Below are positions 1-11,659 of a DNA stretch of 36,367 bases, piece by piece. The position numbers and the translations under genes are program-made. The first letter of the stretch is position 1; every line of letters begins with the position of its first letter. The notes under the pieces were generated by a model, which worked only from the letters and a program-made list of their open reading frames with translations, made no database searches and had not been told where the DNA came from. The stretch lies in contig NC_057751.1 in the NCBI RefSeq assembly GCF_004010195.1, forward strand, positions 10,987,051 to 11,023,417, in the 5' to 3' direction. Origin of the DNA: Chiloscyllium plagiosum (lineage: Eukaryota).

Positions 1-362
1 CTTATAGAAGTTTATAAAATCATGAGGGGCATGGATAGGATAAATAGACAAAGTCTTTTCCCTGGGGTCGGGGAACTAGAGGGCATAGGTTTAGGGTGAG
101 TGGGGAAAGATATAAAAGAGACTTAAGGGGCAACTTTTTCACGCAAAGGGTGGTACGTGTATGGAATGAGCTGCCAGAGGATGTGGTGGAGGCTGGTACA
201 ATTGCAACATTTAAGAGGCATTTGGATGGGAAAATGAATAGGAAGGGTTTGGAGGGATATGGGCTGGGCGCTGGCAGGTGGGACTAGATTGCGTTGGGAT
301 ATCTGTCAGCATGGACAGGTTGGACCAAAGGGTCTGTTTCCATGCTGTACATCTCTATGACT
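1..362 (+). mobile_element. CR1-type LINE, 3' end (ORF2 C-terminus and 3' UTR)
   Basis: ORF 96..287 (FFTQRVVRVWNELP...FKRHLD) is the typical CR1 ORF2 tail; ends in ctctatgact. Confidence 0.85.
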
Positions 363-369
363 TTATCAA

Positions 370-2578
370 GTCCCTCATTCAACCTGGGGATGCCCTCCAC
401 TGTGTTGTGTGACAATACCCACCATGCAACTGAAAAGGGATATCCATGAATGCTGTGGGCTGATATCAACAGTGTTCGACCTCTGTCAAATCATGACACA
501 TCATGTCCCCAAATCTACCATGACCATCAAACCGTGTGATTGACCAGGTCCAATGAAAAATGCAGGAGGGTATGTCAGGAGTAACACCAGGTATACCAGG
601 TGTGAAGCTTCAACACAAATTTTTTGCAAGCCAAACTGTGGAAGCAGCTTGTTATGGACAGGGCCAAACAATCCTATACATCAACAAGTCAGATGGCTGC
701 TCTGCTCTCCTGCCACATCCATATGGAAATGGTGCTCAATTAAACAAGAGGAGGTGGCTGCTTCACAACCATCATGTTTGTCAATGATGTTGAGGCCCAG
801 CATGCAAGGCTGAGATATGAGCATCCATGTCGAGACAGAAGTGGGGAGAGATGATCCATCTTAGCCTCTTCCTGAGGTCCCCAGTATCTCAGGTGCCAGT
901 CTTCAAACCATTTGATTCACTCCACCTGATATCAAGAAGCTTCTGAAGGCACTGTGATCAGATCTATGCTCTTCAGTCCTGCCAATTCAGTGTTGTTGGC
1001 AGGCAACTCTCCAACCAACAGGAGGTGGGAGTTCCACAAAAATCTCCATCTTGCATGATGGGGAAATACAGCATTGCAAAAGACAAGGCTAAGTCTTTAA
1101 ATCCACTTTCAGCTCAAAGTGCCAAGTGGATGACCCCATCTTAACCTCAATCCCGACATCACGGATACCAGTCTTCAACCAATTTGATTCACACCACAAT
1201 GTTTAGAATTAGCTGCTGGTACTGGAGACTGCACAGGTTACAGGTCTTGAAAATGTTCCAGTAATTCTACTGAAGACCTCTGCTTCATAACTTGCCATTT
1301 CCCAGTTCAAGCTGTCTCAGTACAGCTACAACACTGTGGAATTTTGGCCAGCTATGTCCTCAAAAAAAAACTGGTGAAACTCAAACCAGACAATTACGAC
1401 TCCATCAGTGCACTTGCAATCCAAGTGATGGAAGGGGTCAGTGCTATCAAATGGCACTTGCTTTGCATTAATCTCTGCCAGGGTCACTCTCTCAAGCTCA
1501 TTTGTCTTGATGCAAACACGGACAATGGAGTTTAACTCTCGAGGTGAGGTGAGAGAGAGGCTGCCCTTGATATCAAGGGAGCACTCCAATGAGAATGGCA
1601 TCAAGGAACCCTTCCTAAACCATTTCAGCTGAAATCATCCCGGGAACAAGAAAAGATGGCTGTGATTGTTCTATGTCATTCATCTCGTTCCCGGGATATC
1701 TCTGCACAAGATGCTCAGGGTCGTGTCTTGTGCCCAGCCATCTTAAACTGCATCCTCAATCACCTCCTTTCCATCTTAAGGTCATACCTGGGGATGTTTG
1801 CCAATGCATAAATGTTCAGCACCCATTCCTGACTCCCCATGCACCAAAGTTGTCTCTGTCCAAATTCTGCAAAATGTGAACAACCTCCAGACTTGGGCTG
1901 CTTAGTAGCAACTAACATTTTTGCCAGTCAAGTGCCAGGGAATGGCAATCTTCAACAACAGAGCATTTAACTATTGCTCTTTAACATTCAATGTGTGATG
2001 ATCACGGAATCCCTCATATAAACATCTTGACCAGAAACCATGCTGGACCGTATAAATACTGTAGCTGCAGTAGCAGTTCAGAGGCTATGAATTAGTTGTC
2101 ACTGCATTCCTCGCCAGATCTTCAGTGCCTGTCCACCATCTACAAGGCACAAGTCGGGAGTGTGATGGAATGCACCCACTTTCCTGGATGAGTGCAGCTC
2201 CAATACCACTCAGGAAGCTCAACACTATCCAGGAGCAAGCAGTCAGCTTAATTAGCACCACATTCACCAGCTACAATATTAACTCCATTCAAAAGCACAG
2301 CCCAAAGCCTCAAGGACAACTAAACAGAAATACAAAAACAGCATTTGCGGGTGAATAACTCCACCCACAGGTGTCTCTCCAAGCAACGCTCCAGTCCAAC
2401 TTCAAACTACATCATTGCTCTTTCATGGTTGCTGGGTCAAAATCATGGAACCCGCTTTCTCACATCACTGTTATCCTGTTCATGAACGAGGTTCACCAAC
2501 ATCTTCCCAAAATCAACAAGGACAAGAAAGAAATGATACCCAAAACAGCAAGCCCACATCTCATGGGCATATAAAACA
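370..2578 (+). mobile_element. Highly degenerate CR1/L2-group LINE relic(s), same family as 23392..25623
   Basis: Colinear similarity with 23392..25623 (e.g. ctgcccttgatatcaag, cctgtccaccatctacaaggcacaagtc, gggtcaaaatc.tggaa). Boundaries approximate. Confidence 0.7.
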
Positions 2579-2961
2579 CAACTCCATGTCTCAGCTGAGA
2601 CAGTACATGGTGAAAGTATAGAAGTGTCAACACAATAAAATACCAATTTCTTCCTAAGATGGACAAAGGAGATTGATTGGGAAAGGGTAAACAATATATT
2701 AAAATAAAAACAGGGAATCAAACTGTGCATTAACAATGCAGTACAACTTGCTTGAAAACAGTACAGTTGACATGCAGGAAGCAGATGGGATAAACAGAAA
2801 CAATATGCTAATGCTTAAGCTGATATTTAAGATTATGCAACTGAAATTCAAAGGAAATTTTGAGCAGGCGTACAGATTCTTGCTCAACAAGTCAGCCTCA
2901 AAAACGGATCCAACTCAATAGTTGGTAAAATGCACTGCAACTCTTTGGTTACCTGGGTCTA

Positions 2962-3012
2962 ATGATGCTGCCTGACCTGCTGTGCTTTTCCAGCAACACA
3001 TTTTTAAGCTCT
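2962..3012 (+). mobile_element. Short fragment of PLE-derived terminal repeat
   Basis: gatgctgcctgacctgctgtgcttttccagcaacacattttt matches the copies at 18120, 24427 and (reverse) 36220. Confidence 0.7.
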
Positions 3013-3737
3013 ATTGATAGTTGTTGGGTTATCCTGAGATTGGAGGGAGCAGACATAGAAAGAAACCCAGGGACACGCTCTGTACCTTGTGAATGCATAA
3101 TTGGAGGTGGTTTGCTGTGACTCCTCAGAAGGAAAGAACATGCTAATCAATGTTTAACTTCACGCATCAAAAATGCTTGACAATGGAGCTGAGGTGAAAT
3201 GCCGCCAACTAATATGCACAAAGGCTTTTGGTCAAGGTGCCAAGAAAACATCACGTGTTTGGGTGGAGCACAACTGACCAGTAGGTGGGCTTTTCCTTGC
3301 CTTGCTCTGTTTGCACTTTGCAGTTCTTTGCAGGAAGACAGCTAAGTTGTTGTTGTTGTGGAAACAGTGAACACAGAAATGGCACACGGTCTTGGAGCGC
3401 ATCAGAGAGAATGTTTCTTATGTTCAGAGAGTCGAACAGAGAGACGTCATCTACACTCGGGGAAGGAGACACTTTTCCCCAATTGTTTAAGCTGCAAGTA
3501 ACAAAGAACTAGACAGTTCGAAAAGCACTTGAAACTTGATGAGAATTGGTGACTTATAGCACATTTTCTTTCCACCAACTGTGGCTAAATAACCCCACTG
3601 AATTTTGAGAAGTAAGGGGCTTCTGTGAAACATTTCCAAGCTACCTTTGAATTGGTAATTCCTACTTTCCTTCATAGCCTGGTTTAGTTCCAAAATTACT
3701 TGCTGTAACCAAATTTATTTCGCACTGACTCTCCTTT

Positions 3738-3860
3738 TCATAGGAACATAAATAATGAGAACAGGTGTCAGCCATGGAGCCCTTTGAACCTGGTCGGCCA
3801 TTCAATATAACCATAGCTGATCATCTACTCAGTCCCCTTTTCCAACTTTCACACCATAGT
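3738..3860 (-). mobile_element. Degenerate CR1 3' UTR fragment
   Basis: Resembles the reverse-oriented tail at 35125..35250 (ggagc..ggccattca...gctgatc). Confidence 0.5.
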
Positions 3861-3991
3861 CTGATCTCTTTAATTCCTGGAACGATATCGGATTAGCTCT
3901 TGATTAGCTCTCCAGTTCATCCCAATGCTTAGCTCTTGAAAAAATTCTCGCATTACACAAAGATGCCCACAGCAAACATCATGACACTTAC

Positions 3992-4098
3992 CTTTGGACG
4001 CACACCCAGGTACCCACTGCAGTTGGGAGCTCCACACTTGCATACCGTCTTTCCATTGCCCAAACAATCCAAATTATAGTTGAAGGTTAATTCAGAAC
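3992..4098 (-). CDS. NSD3: NSD3 exon, end of SET and post-SET ((G)[35 protein letters not shown])
   Basis: Acceptor tcttcag|, donor AAG|gtaagt; 107 nt; ELTFNY and CxCxxxxC motifs. Confidence 0.96.
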
Positions 4099-4793
4099 CT
4101 GAAGATAAAACAAATGGGCATTATTTCGACACGTGGTTAGCACTTCTGAGGGTGCAACCCATTCAGAGGTTTCAAGAAATCAAGTCAAAAAGCTATGCTT
4201 GTTTTGCTGATGATGCTGTAGGACACAACATGTTTTAATACCTTCACGCACCCAGCCCTTGATAATTCAGTCACAATCCACAGCAGAGGGATAAAGAACA
4301 TTCTGAAACCAGTTTGCAACATCCTCCTGCAAATCTATTGTTAAATGCTAAGTGCCTCAGTTTTTAAAATCACAGAATGCCATGTGCAAGGAACACATGA
4401 CATTACTGATGTTGACTGAGCTGCCAGGGTTTAAGCAGACAGCTTTACTCAACTTGAAAACCACATGCTTCATTGCAAACAATGATGATGACTGGGCTCT
4501 GGTATGCTGAGAAACAGTTGTGCAAATACCACTGTTCCTTTCTATTTTAAGCCACATTAATTATTTGCAGTCTAATAACAAGAGAAGAAATAACATCATC
4601 CAGTATGGTCTGAAACACATCTCACTGCACTTTGCTCCCCCATTTCAAGACACAGTGACTTACGCTATTCAGTATGTGTCTGTATGTTCACAAGTGGAGT
4701 TTCCCATCAACTTCATACCTGCCCACAATAAGGCAAAGATCTTGCCTCGCATCCAGTTCTCATGAAGACCCTTTCTCTCCCGCGTACTCTCAC

Positions 4794-4935
4794 CTGCTCG
4801 AATGTCGCAAAGTGCAAAAAGTCCGACACGTGTGTCACCATTCACTGTCCATTTCTGTGTCTCGCAGTTTGGATTGCAACTGTGGTTCATGAAGCGGGAG
4901 TAATTGCCTTTGGGCCCAGCATCAATGATACGATC
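4794..4935 (-). CDS. NSD3: NSD3 exon, SET ([47 protein letters not shown])
   Basis: Acceptor ttcccag|, donor CAG|gtgaga; 142 nt; RFMNHSC SET signature. Confidence 0.97.
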
Positions 4936-5797
4936 CTGGGAAAATGCAAATCAAACAAATGCTTTCAGCTTCACTCTTAACTGGTAACAATCACCTTGTT
5001 TCCCACAGCCTTGTCAGAACTTACAAAGAAACCCTATTATGGTCCAAATATCCAGTTCATTTGCAAATGATGCAATGTAAGGCATTTATAGGTTTACACA
5101 TGAAAACCTATGTCAAAGTAACTCCAGGCTGTTCTGATGATGAGTCACTGGACACTGCACAGACTGAGCCAGATCTGTTCAGACTCTCGTCCAATTCCCG
5201 TTTTTGTTCAAGGCAGTTCTTCATTTTGGACACTGGACTTGGCAGAGTTTGCATTAAACCCTTCTATTTAATTCAGGGCTTCATGTTGTTTGCCAGTGAT
5301 GGCATTAAGATGGACACCCAAAGGACAAAGTTTATTATAAGACTGATATAAATAGTCATGACTCCAAGAAATTTCATGCCATTGCTCAAAATATTTGGAC
5401 ATGACAAAAACAATGGTGGTCAAGTCAGGCAGTAATATGTACTAAAATACTCAAGCAGCTATGTCTACTAAAGGACCAATTATAACTCAAAACATTTCAT
5501 CTTGAGGATCCAGCTTTCTACTAGTATCAAGACATCCAACTTCTCAACAACAGCATGTATTCAGAAATGGAGACAGAACTCTGGACAAGGAACTCAAGAG
5601 AAACGGACCACAAGGTCCTCAGGAAAAGGAGTGTGCCATTCAGCTATTTCAACATGATCCACCATTCAATAAGAACATGGCTCATTTCATTATGCCCCGA
5701 ACTTCCTAATGGCAGACCCCAAAACCCTCAATTCACATCGATCCAAAACCTGTTCAACTCAAAAAATGAAAACATTTCAGATGCTGTACATCCGAAG

Positions 5798-5921
5798 CAA
5801 AAACAGAAATTGCTGTTCAACAGTTCTGAGGAAGAGTCACTTGACCTGAAAAATTGACTCTAATTTCTTTCCACAGATGCTGCTAGAGCTGCTGAGTTTT
5901 GTCAGCAATTGCTGTTTTTGT
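5798..5921 (+). mobile_element. Short PLE-derived element with 18-bp inverted ends and a decayed hammerhead-like core
   Basis: caaaaacagaaattgctg (5798-5815) / cagcaattgctgtttttg (5903-5920); internal agttCTGAGGAagagtcacttgacctGAAA..ttgact. Confidence 0.6.
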
Positions 5922-6504
5922 CTCTGTTTAGCTCAGTTCACAATGTATTCAAATTCCCAATCTCAAATGTTCTTTGTGTCAAAGTAGAACAAAAAAAAAA
6001 CAAACTCCACCAATCAAAACTTAACTTTGGTTGAACCTTTTTTGAACTGGTTCCAATGTGATTAACTGTCACCTGTAGTCAGGAGAAGGAGATTGTACAC
6101 AATTGTAAATGCGATCTGAGCAATGCCCTCTACAGTTGTATCAAGACTTAGCTACTTGTATTCTCCAGCTCTTCGCAGCAGATGCTGCAACATTCACAAG
6201 CCCAGAGGAGCTAAAACACATTTTCTGCCTGAAATTTAACTACAAACAGAGTATTCTTGTCTTGGTGCAAAAGCAGCTTCTCTGACTTCTCAGACACTTT
6301 GCCATGATGGACCTGGGTGGCCACTCATCATAAATGCTTATGCCCTATCAATATTCACAGAGTCAGAAGGAACCTCGTTAATACGTTCACAGTTCTTGAC
6401 CAATAGCATTCCAGTTGACCACAAGAGAGGTGCACAGAATCCAGTTTGATGACTCAGGACAAGACACCATCCTATCACCATCAGAACATAGAAAACCTTG
6501 GCCT

Positions 6505-6660
6505 CAGCTGATCTCTCAGGTGGACATGAAAGATCATAGCACTATTCAAAAGAAACAAACAATGCTGAGGATTTACTAAGCTTATCGATCACCCAGTGTC
6601 ACTTAAAAATATCAAGCCTTATTATTTGACAGACTTTGTCATGTGCAACATTACTCAAAT
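6505..6660 (+). mobile_element. Possible ancient Deu-domain SINE remnant
   Basis: tctctcaggtggacatgaaagatcatagcactattcaaaagaa resembles the Deu-SINE core as I recall it; very diverged. Confidence 0.35.
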
Positions 6661-7005
6661 CTGTCTCGGTTTCTTTCCATGGCCGCATGTCAAAAATTCT
6701 GTATTTGCTACAACACACCCCAGAATGTTTCAAGCTCGCTGTCAGCACAATGTAAACGCAACCCTTTGTTTTCTTTGCACAACAAATTATCACATTAACT
6801 TCTTGAGGGAGCATTTCCACCTCAGAAACACCATGCTCTTTACTGAATATTCAAACCAGTGGCACTGGACCTCAGAATGAATGCAAATTGTCACATTAAA
6901 CACTCAGTACTGTAGTGTGCGCACCCCAAGGACCAGTGCTTCGTCAATCAAACTTTCATCCGAGCTACTGAAGAAATAATTTCACTCGAGAAACTCACTC
7001 CTTAC

Positions 7006-7122
7006 CTTGGTTAAAGTCAACAAATAGAAATTGGTAACGTTGTTTTCGTGAGCATGTTTTATGCGGTTTCTGCATTCTTCTTCATCAATTAACTCACCAA
7101 CATATTCAGTTACAAATTGACC
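7006..7122 (-). CDS. NSD3: NSD3 exon, SET ([39 protein letters not shown])
   Basis: Acceptor catgcag|, donor AAG|gtaagg; 117 nt; EYVGE motif. Confidence 0.96.
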
Positions 7123-7330
7123 CTGCATGCAAGGATGACAAAAGGAGGACTTGTAAAAGGTGCTTTAAAACGTCATCGCTCTCTAAAGCCAAGTAAAATA
7201 CTGGGGTTGCTAGAAATCTGAAACAAATGCAGAATGCTGAACTTTCCCAAGCCATTTCTGTGGTTGTTCCACTCTCATGTCACGGTCATCCTTGACGAAT
7301 CTAAAGAAGGAAAGTACAAAGAGAAGTCAC

Positions 7331-7600
7331 CTTTTTAATATCTACTTTTGTGCAGAGGCCCCAGCCCCGTGCTTCTGTCCTCACAAGTTCTGTCTCAGGG
7401 TAGAGTCGTTTGCTGAAGCACTGGTTCTGGCAGCTTTCTCCAGCTGGACAGACAAGAGGATGGCACTCGTACATCAGAATCCGGTTCAGGCATTCCGAGT
7501 CCAGTCCACAAGGGTTTTCATCTGTGGGCTTACAGTTGCATCGTGGGATTTCTGACACATCAGCAACATGAATCTGCACTTTGCCAACTGGTTTGTTTGT
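7331..7600 (-). CDS. NSD3: NSD3 exon, AWS/pre-SET and start of SET ([10 protein letters not shown]...[12 protein letters not shown]...[13 protein letters not shown])
   Basis: Acceptor atactag|, donor AAG|gtgact; 270 nt, phase 0-0. Confidence 0.96.
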
Positions 7601-8652
7601 CTAGTATAGAAAAGAGATAACATTGGAATTCACTGGTGTCCACACTTCAGCATTTTACACTTTTCTTGTCATTCATAACTGAAGAGCTAAGTTCACCTCT
7701 CAGCAGCAGCTGACCAACAACTGATATTTAATATTTTAGCTGTTTTAATTAATAATGTTTGATTTATTTTTTCACTTTTCTGAATCAGTCAAGGTCAAGA
7801 CTTAATTCACTGTGATAAGTAGCAATATGTGATGAAAAAAATCAATACATTCAAGAAAAACATCGAAAATTATCTTAACAATAGTTCAAGTGGTCCAAAC
7901 CCTTGCAAATTGAAAGATCTGTTGCACAACCGTGGATTTCTGGTTTGTTCATCAAATATTGGTCCAAACTACGAGCGAACAATAATTCACCAGTGTCCTG
8001 CTCCTCATCGCTGTCAAAGCTGACAAGTGACTCTGTGACACAATTGCAATTGTTTACTCTGCTCCCAAACACTGGTGACAAAACATGTCAGGACCCAAAG
8101 ACATGTATGTCACCTGCAATGTTAGCAGGTGAACACTCCATTTATGGTGGCATGGCACTTCCCTGCAGGAATTCTAGGTGTTATCAATCACTTCAGGCCT
8201 CCAGGAATATCCCCATTGTGAACAGCAGAGAGGGGATTTTCTCATGCTCTTTCCCCAGATTCATCAGCATTCAATTCCAGTTTAATGGCTCATTTCAAAA
8301 CTGAAAGCTAGAGTAATGATCACAGAAGCAAAATAAATGTCAAGAAATAATGTGGCATACTATTGAGATATGTTTAAGTTGGATACCTATTCATTTTTCA
8401 AAGCGCAAGCTCAGTTTTGTCAAAAGAGACATTATCAGATCTTGTGAATTGTAAATATGAACTTCATTTTAAGATGAAAAATTGCAAAAGGATGGTGGAA
8501 GCAATTCCGACCTCATGCGTACATCTGAATGGGGCTACACATAATTAATTGGCTACAAAATGAAAACTCATTTTAAAAATTTATTTCAAACACCAATTCT
8601 TGAGAAAAATCATGAAACCCATGCCCACTGATGATGGAGACTTTTACCTTAC

Positions 8653-8765
8653 CTTAATAAATCTGTACGCTGGTGGCTTTCTTTCATTGCGTTCATTTTC
8701 TAGTGCTTCCTTACTTTCTTTCAATAACTTTAGCTCCTGGAAACGTTTTGCAGCTTCTTCCAGTG
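8653..8765 (-). CDS. NSD3: NSD3 exon ((A)LEEAAKRFQELKLLKESKEALENERNERKPPAYRFIK)
   Basis: Acceptor ctcacag|, donor AAG|gtaagg; 113 nt; translated by hand. Confidence 0.95.
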
Positions 8766-9229
8766 CTGTGAGTAACAAAAAAAATGTTTGGTTTGGAACA
8801 AGCTTCATCTCCCCATGCCATGCAACACCCAGTGTTCAACTTAATGGATTACGGCTGTGGGTAACTCAGTTGCATTTCACTTTTTCCTGGTAGGAGCTAA
8901 TTAACAGGAGCATTGATTGAATTTTGCAAAGCCAGTTATTAGGCAACAACAGCATCCAAATTCTCACCAGAAAATACAGGCAAAATACCATGTATTAAAA
9001 CATTGTGCACTTCAGTTCAAACAACTCAAACAGATTTCTAATAGTATTCTTTAGACAAACTCTGAACAGAGCGATCCCATTCCACCTGAGAATTGCTATG
9101 TTCTAACAGTTGTAGATTTATTTTGTTACCTTACAGCAAAGGCTGAGAGCAAGGAAACAATAAAAAGCAGCTGACAAGGAAGTGACAAAGTATAATAATC
9201 ATATTTTGCATTAGGGCAACAGAGGTTAC

Positions 9230-9438
9230 CTTTTTTGAAAATCTCGTTAATACCACCAGCTCGACCATCAGATACGTTGCCTTTGTCACCTTCTAAGTAA
9301 GGAAAGACTCTACCCTGATGCACCCAATAGTAATCATTCGATCCAAAGAAACGTACAGGGAATTCTCCTATGTGGTGCTTCATTGCTTGAATGTTAAGTG
9401 GCACAGATTTGGGATTACAAACCTCTGCTGGCCACCAC
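9230..9438 (-). CDS. NSD3: NSD3 exon, PWWP2 ([13 protein letters not shown]...[18 protein letters not shown]...IFKK)
   Basis: Acceptor gtttcag|, donor AAG|gtaacc; 209 nt, phase 2-1; RWWP motif forms across the junction. Confidence 0.96.
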
Positions 9439-10213
9439 CTGAAACAAACATCATGGTCAGAACAATTGTGAAAAATCATCGGTTATCACCATGTCAAATA
9501 TGGCCAAGCAGATAGCACATCGAGCAACAATCTCTTATTGAATCGCATTGACCAACAGAAGTGGTTTTAGAAACACGCAGCGTTCCTTTCACTAATCTAA
9601 AACTATCACTAATCCAAAGCAATACCAAGGAAGGAGACAAATTCTGGAAAAAGGCTACATGCTTTCAATCTGTCCATCCCAAGATGCCAGTTGCATTGAT
9701 CTGATTGGCTGAATCTTCACAGGAGCTGTATTTAAGTACTTGACCACCATCTTGGCCTCGTCATCCCCGCCATCCTCAACTATTCCCATAGTGTTCTTCA
9801 ATTGCAAACATCACTTCTGATCACATCAATGTCTCCCTCACCACCTAGATCCATTTCAATTTTACCTTCCTTCTGTTTCTGGGTTAAACTCTTATTGAAA
9901 TTGCTTGACTGGATTCGCCTCAACTAAGTCGATGGCAAGGCTCTCCAAGGTCCCACTGTGGCTTGAAACGTTGCCCATCACTCTATTTCCTTCATTTCCA
10001 AACATTGAGTATATGCTCTGGCACACATCTGGATTCACAATCAGAGATTTCTCGTGAGCAAGTCTAAAGGGTCTGAAATTTGAATCGTGGGCAGACCTAG
10101 AAATGCTGCAACCTGCATTTTATTGAACATAGGTCCTTGTCCTGAAGCAATAATCTGTTGTCCATGCACAGATGCCATATGAACCTCTACCAAGTGTGGC
10201 ATGGCGGCTCAAA

Positions 10214-10577
10214 GGGCAGCATGGTGGCTCAGTGGTAGGGCCGGCACAGTGGCTAGCAGTGCTGCCTCACAGTGCCAGAGACCTGGGTTTGATTCCAGCT
10301 TTGGGCGACTGCCTGTGTAGAGTTTACACATTCTCTGTGTCTGCATGGGATTCCTCCAGATGCTCCGGTTTCCTCCCACAGTCCAAAGATGTGCAGGTCA
10401 GGTGAAATAGCCATGCTAAATTGCCCCATAGTGTTCAGGGATGTGTCTGCTCGATGCATTAGTTACGGGAAATGTAGAGCAATAGAGCTAAGAGAATGGA
10501 TCTGGAATACTCTTCTGAGGGTCGGTGTGCACTTGTTGGGCCAAATGGCCTGTTTCCACACTGTAGAGATTCTATGA
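10214..10577 (+). mobile_element. HE1-like tRNA-derived V-SINE, near full length
   Basis: Pol III A box tggctcagtgg (10225-10235), B-box-like gggtttgattcc (10285-10296), V-domain core tgctccggtttcctcccacagtccaaagatgtgcagg, and CR1-like tail ggcctgtttccacactgta. Confidence 0.85.
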
Positions 10578-10852
10578 ACCATTGACCAGTGCCATCATTT
10601 TATATTTATGTTGAACTGACTTTGTTGAACTGAAGCTTCTGGCTTAACATGAAGACCTGTTTTGAAATGATGCAAGTCAATAACATGGACCTAACCTATC
10701 AATACTATTCATTCCACACCATTCTGTGGTCTATCAAAGCAGAAACCGATGAAATCCAACTCCGCATTGTCCACACTCAGCCAGACAGGTATGACATGTA
10801 TGGAATCAAGATTGTAAGGATTGCACGTACAACTCCAAAACAATCCAGCATA

Positions 10853-10990
10853 TAGTCATAGAGATGTACAGCATAGAAACAGACCCTTTGGACCAACCCA
10901 TCCATGCCGACCAGATATCCCAACCCGACCTAGTCCCACCTGCCAGCACCTGGCCCATATTCCTCCAAACCCTTCCTATTCATATACCCA
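10853..10990 (-). mobile_element. CR1 3' end fragment
   Basis: Reverse complement of 225..362. Confidence 0.85.
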
Positions 10991-11502
10991 CTTCACTTTT
11001 ACTTATTCATAGTATTTGACATGATATTTTCATGTTCTTATTTAGGACTACAATTTTTACATGAGTTCAGAGCTCTATCAGAATTATAACCGTTAAACCC
11101 TTCCAACTCACTGCACAAGGGCGAAAGGGTAATGCGTTTCAGTCCCTCACCCTGACAATTTTTCAAAAAAATGCTGACTTAATGCACACCATCACAAAAT
11201 GCACCAAGTAATTAAGCAAGATGGCAATGTGACTAGCTGTTTACGCTGTTGCTTGCTGCTTCTCACATCTCGACTGTAAGCTCGCTAAGAATTTGGACAT
11301 GGACAGCAACTACTAACAAAAATCACTTCTCAACACTTGTGATTTTAGTCCAACATTTTTCGTGGTGGATCATAATCACATTTCAGCATAATTGTTGCCA
11401 ACACATTCAGTAAAATAGTATTTCTGATCCAAAGCCTGTAACCTTTTTGTTTAAGACATCTGTTGTGAAATGTTTTCATCACTTTGAAACAAAATGACTT
11501 GC

Positions 11503-11659
11503 CTGTATATACCGAGCTTGACCCAGACTATTTCCTTGTATCGTGATTTCTTGCCAGCCTTGCAGTCATTACAATACCAGTTCCCTTCTGGCATTTCAAT
11601 CGTCAGGCATTCAGGATGGAAGGATGCTGGACAGGATTCACAGCACAACAGGTGACCAC
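11503..11659 (-). CDS. NSD3: NSD3 exon, rest of PHD4 and start of PWWP2 ([18 protein letters not shown]...IVWVKLGIY(R))
   Basis: Acceptor tgttcag|; non-canonical donor CAG|gcaagt; 157 nt, phase 1-2. Confidence 0.95.

Noticed and set aside
1..3991. Further NSD3 exons (PHD5/C5HCH)
   Set aside because: No CF.CGDGGEL-like frame found by eye on the minus strand; these exons presumably lie beyond position 1.
4794..7122. Natural equivalents of the activating NSD2 E1099K / T1150A changes
   Set aside because: Both positions look wild-type (VGELID, NCETQK).
10214..10300. tRNA gene
   Set aside because: The A and B boxes belong to the SINE head; no complete cloverleaf.
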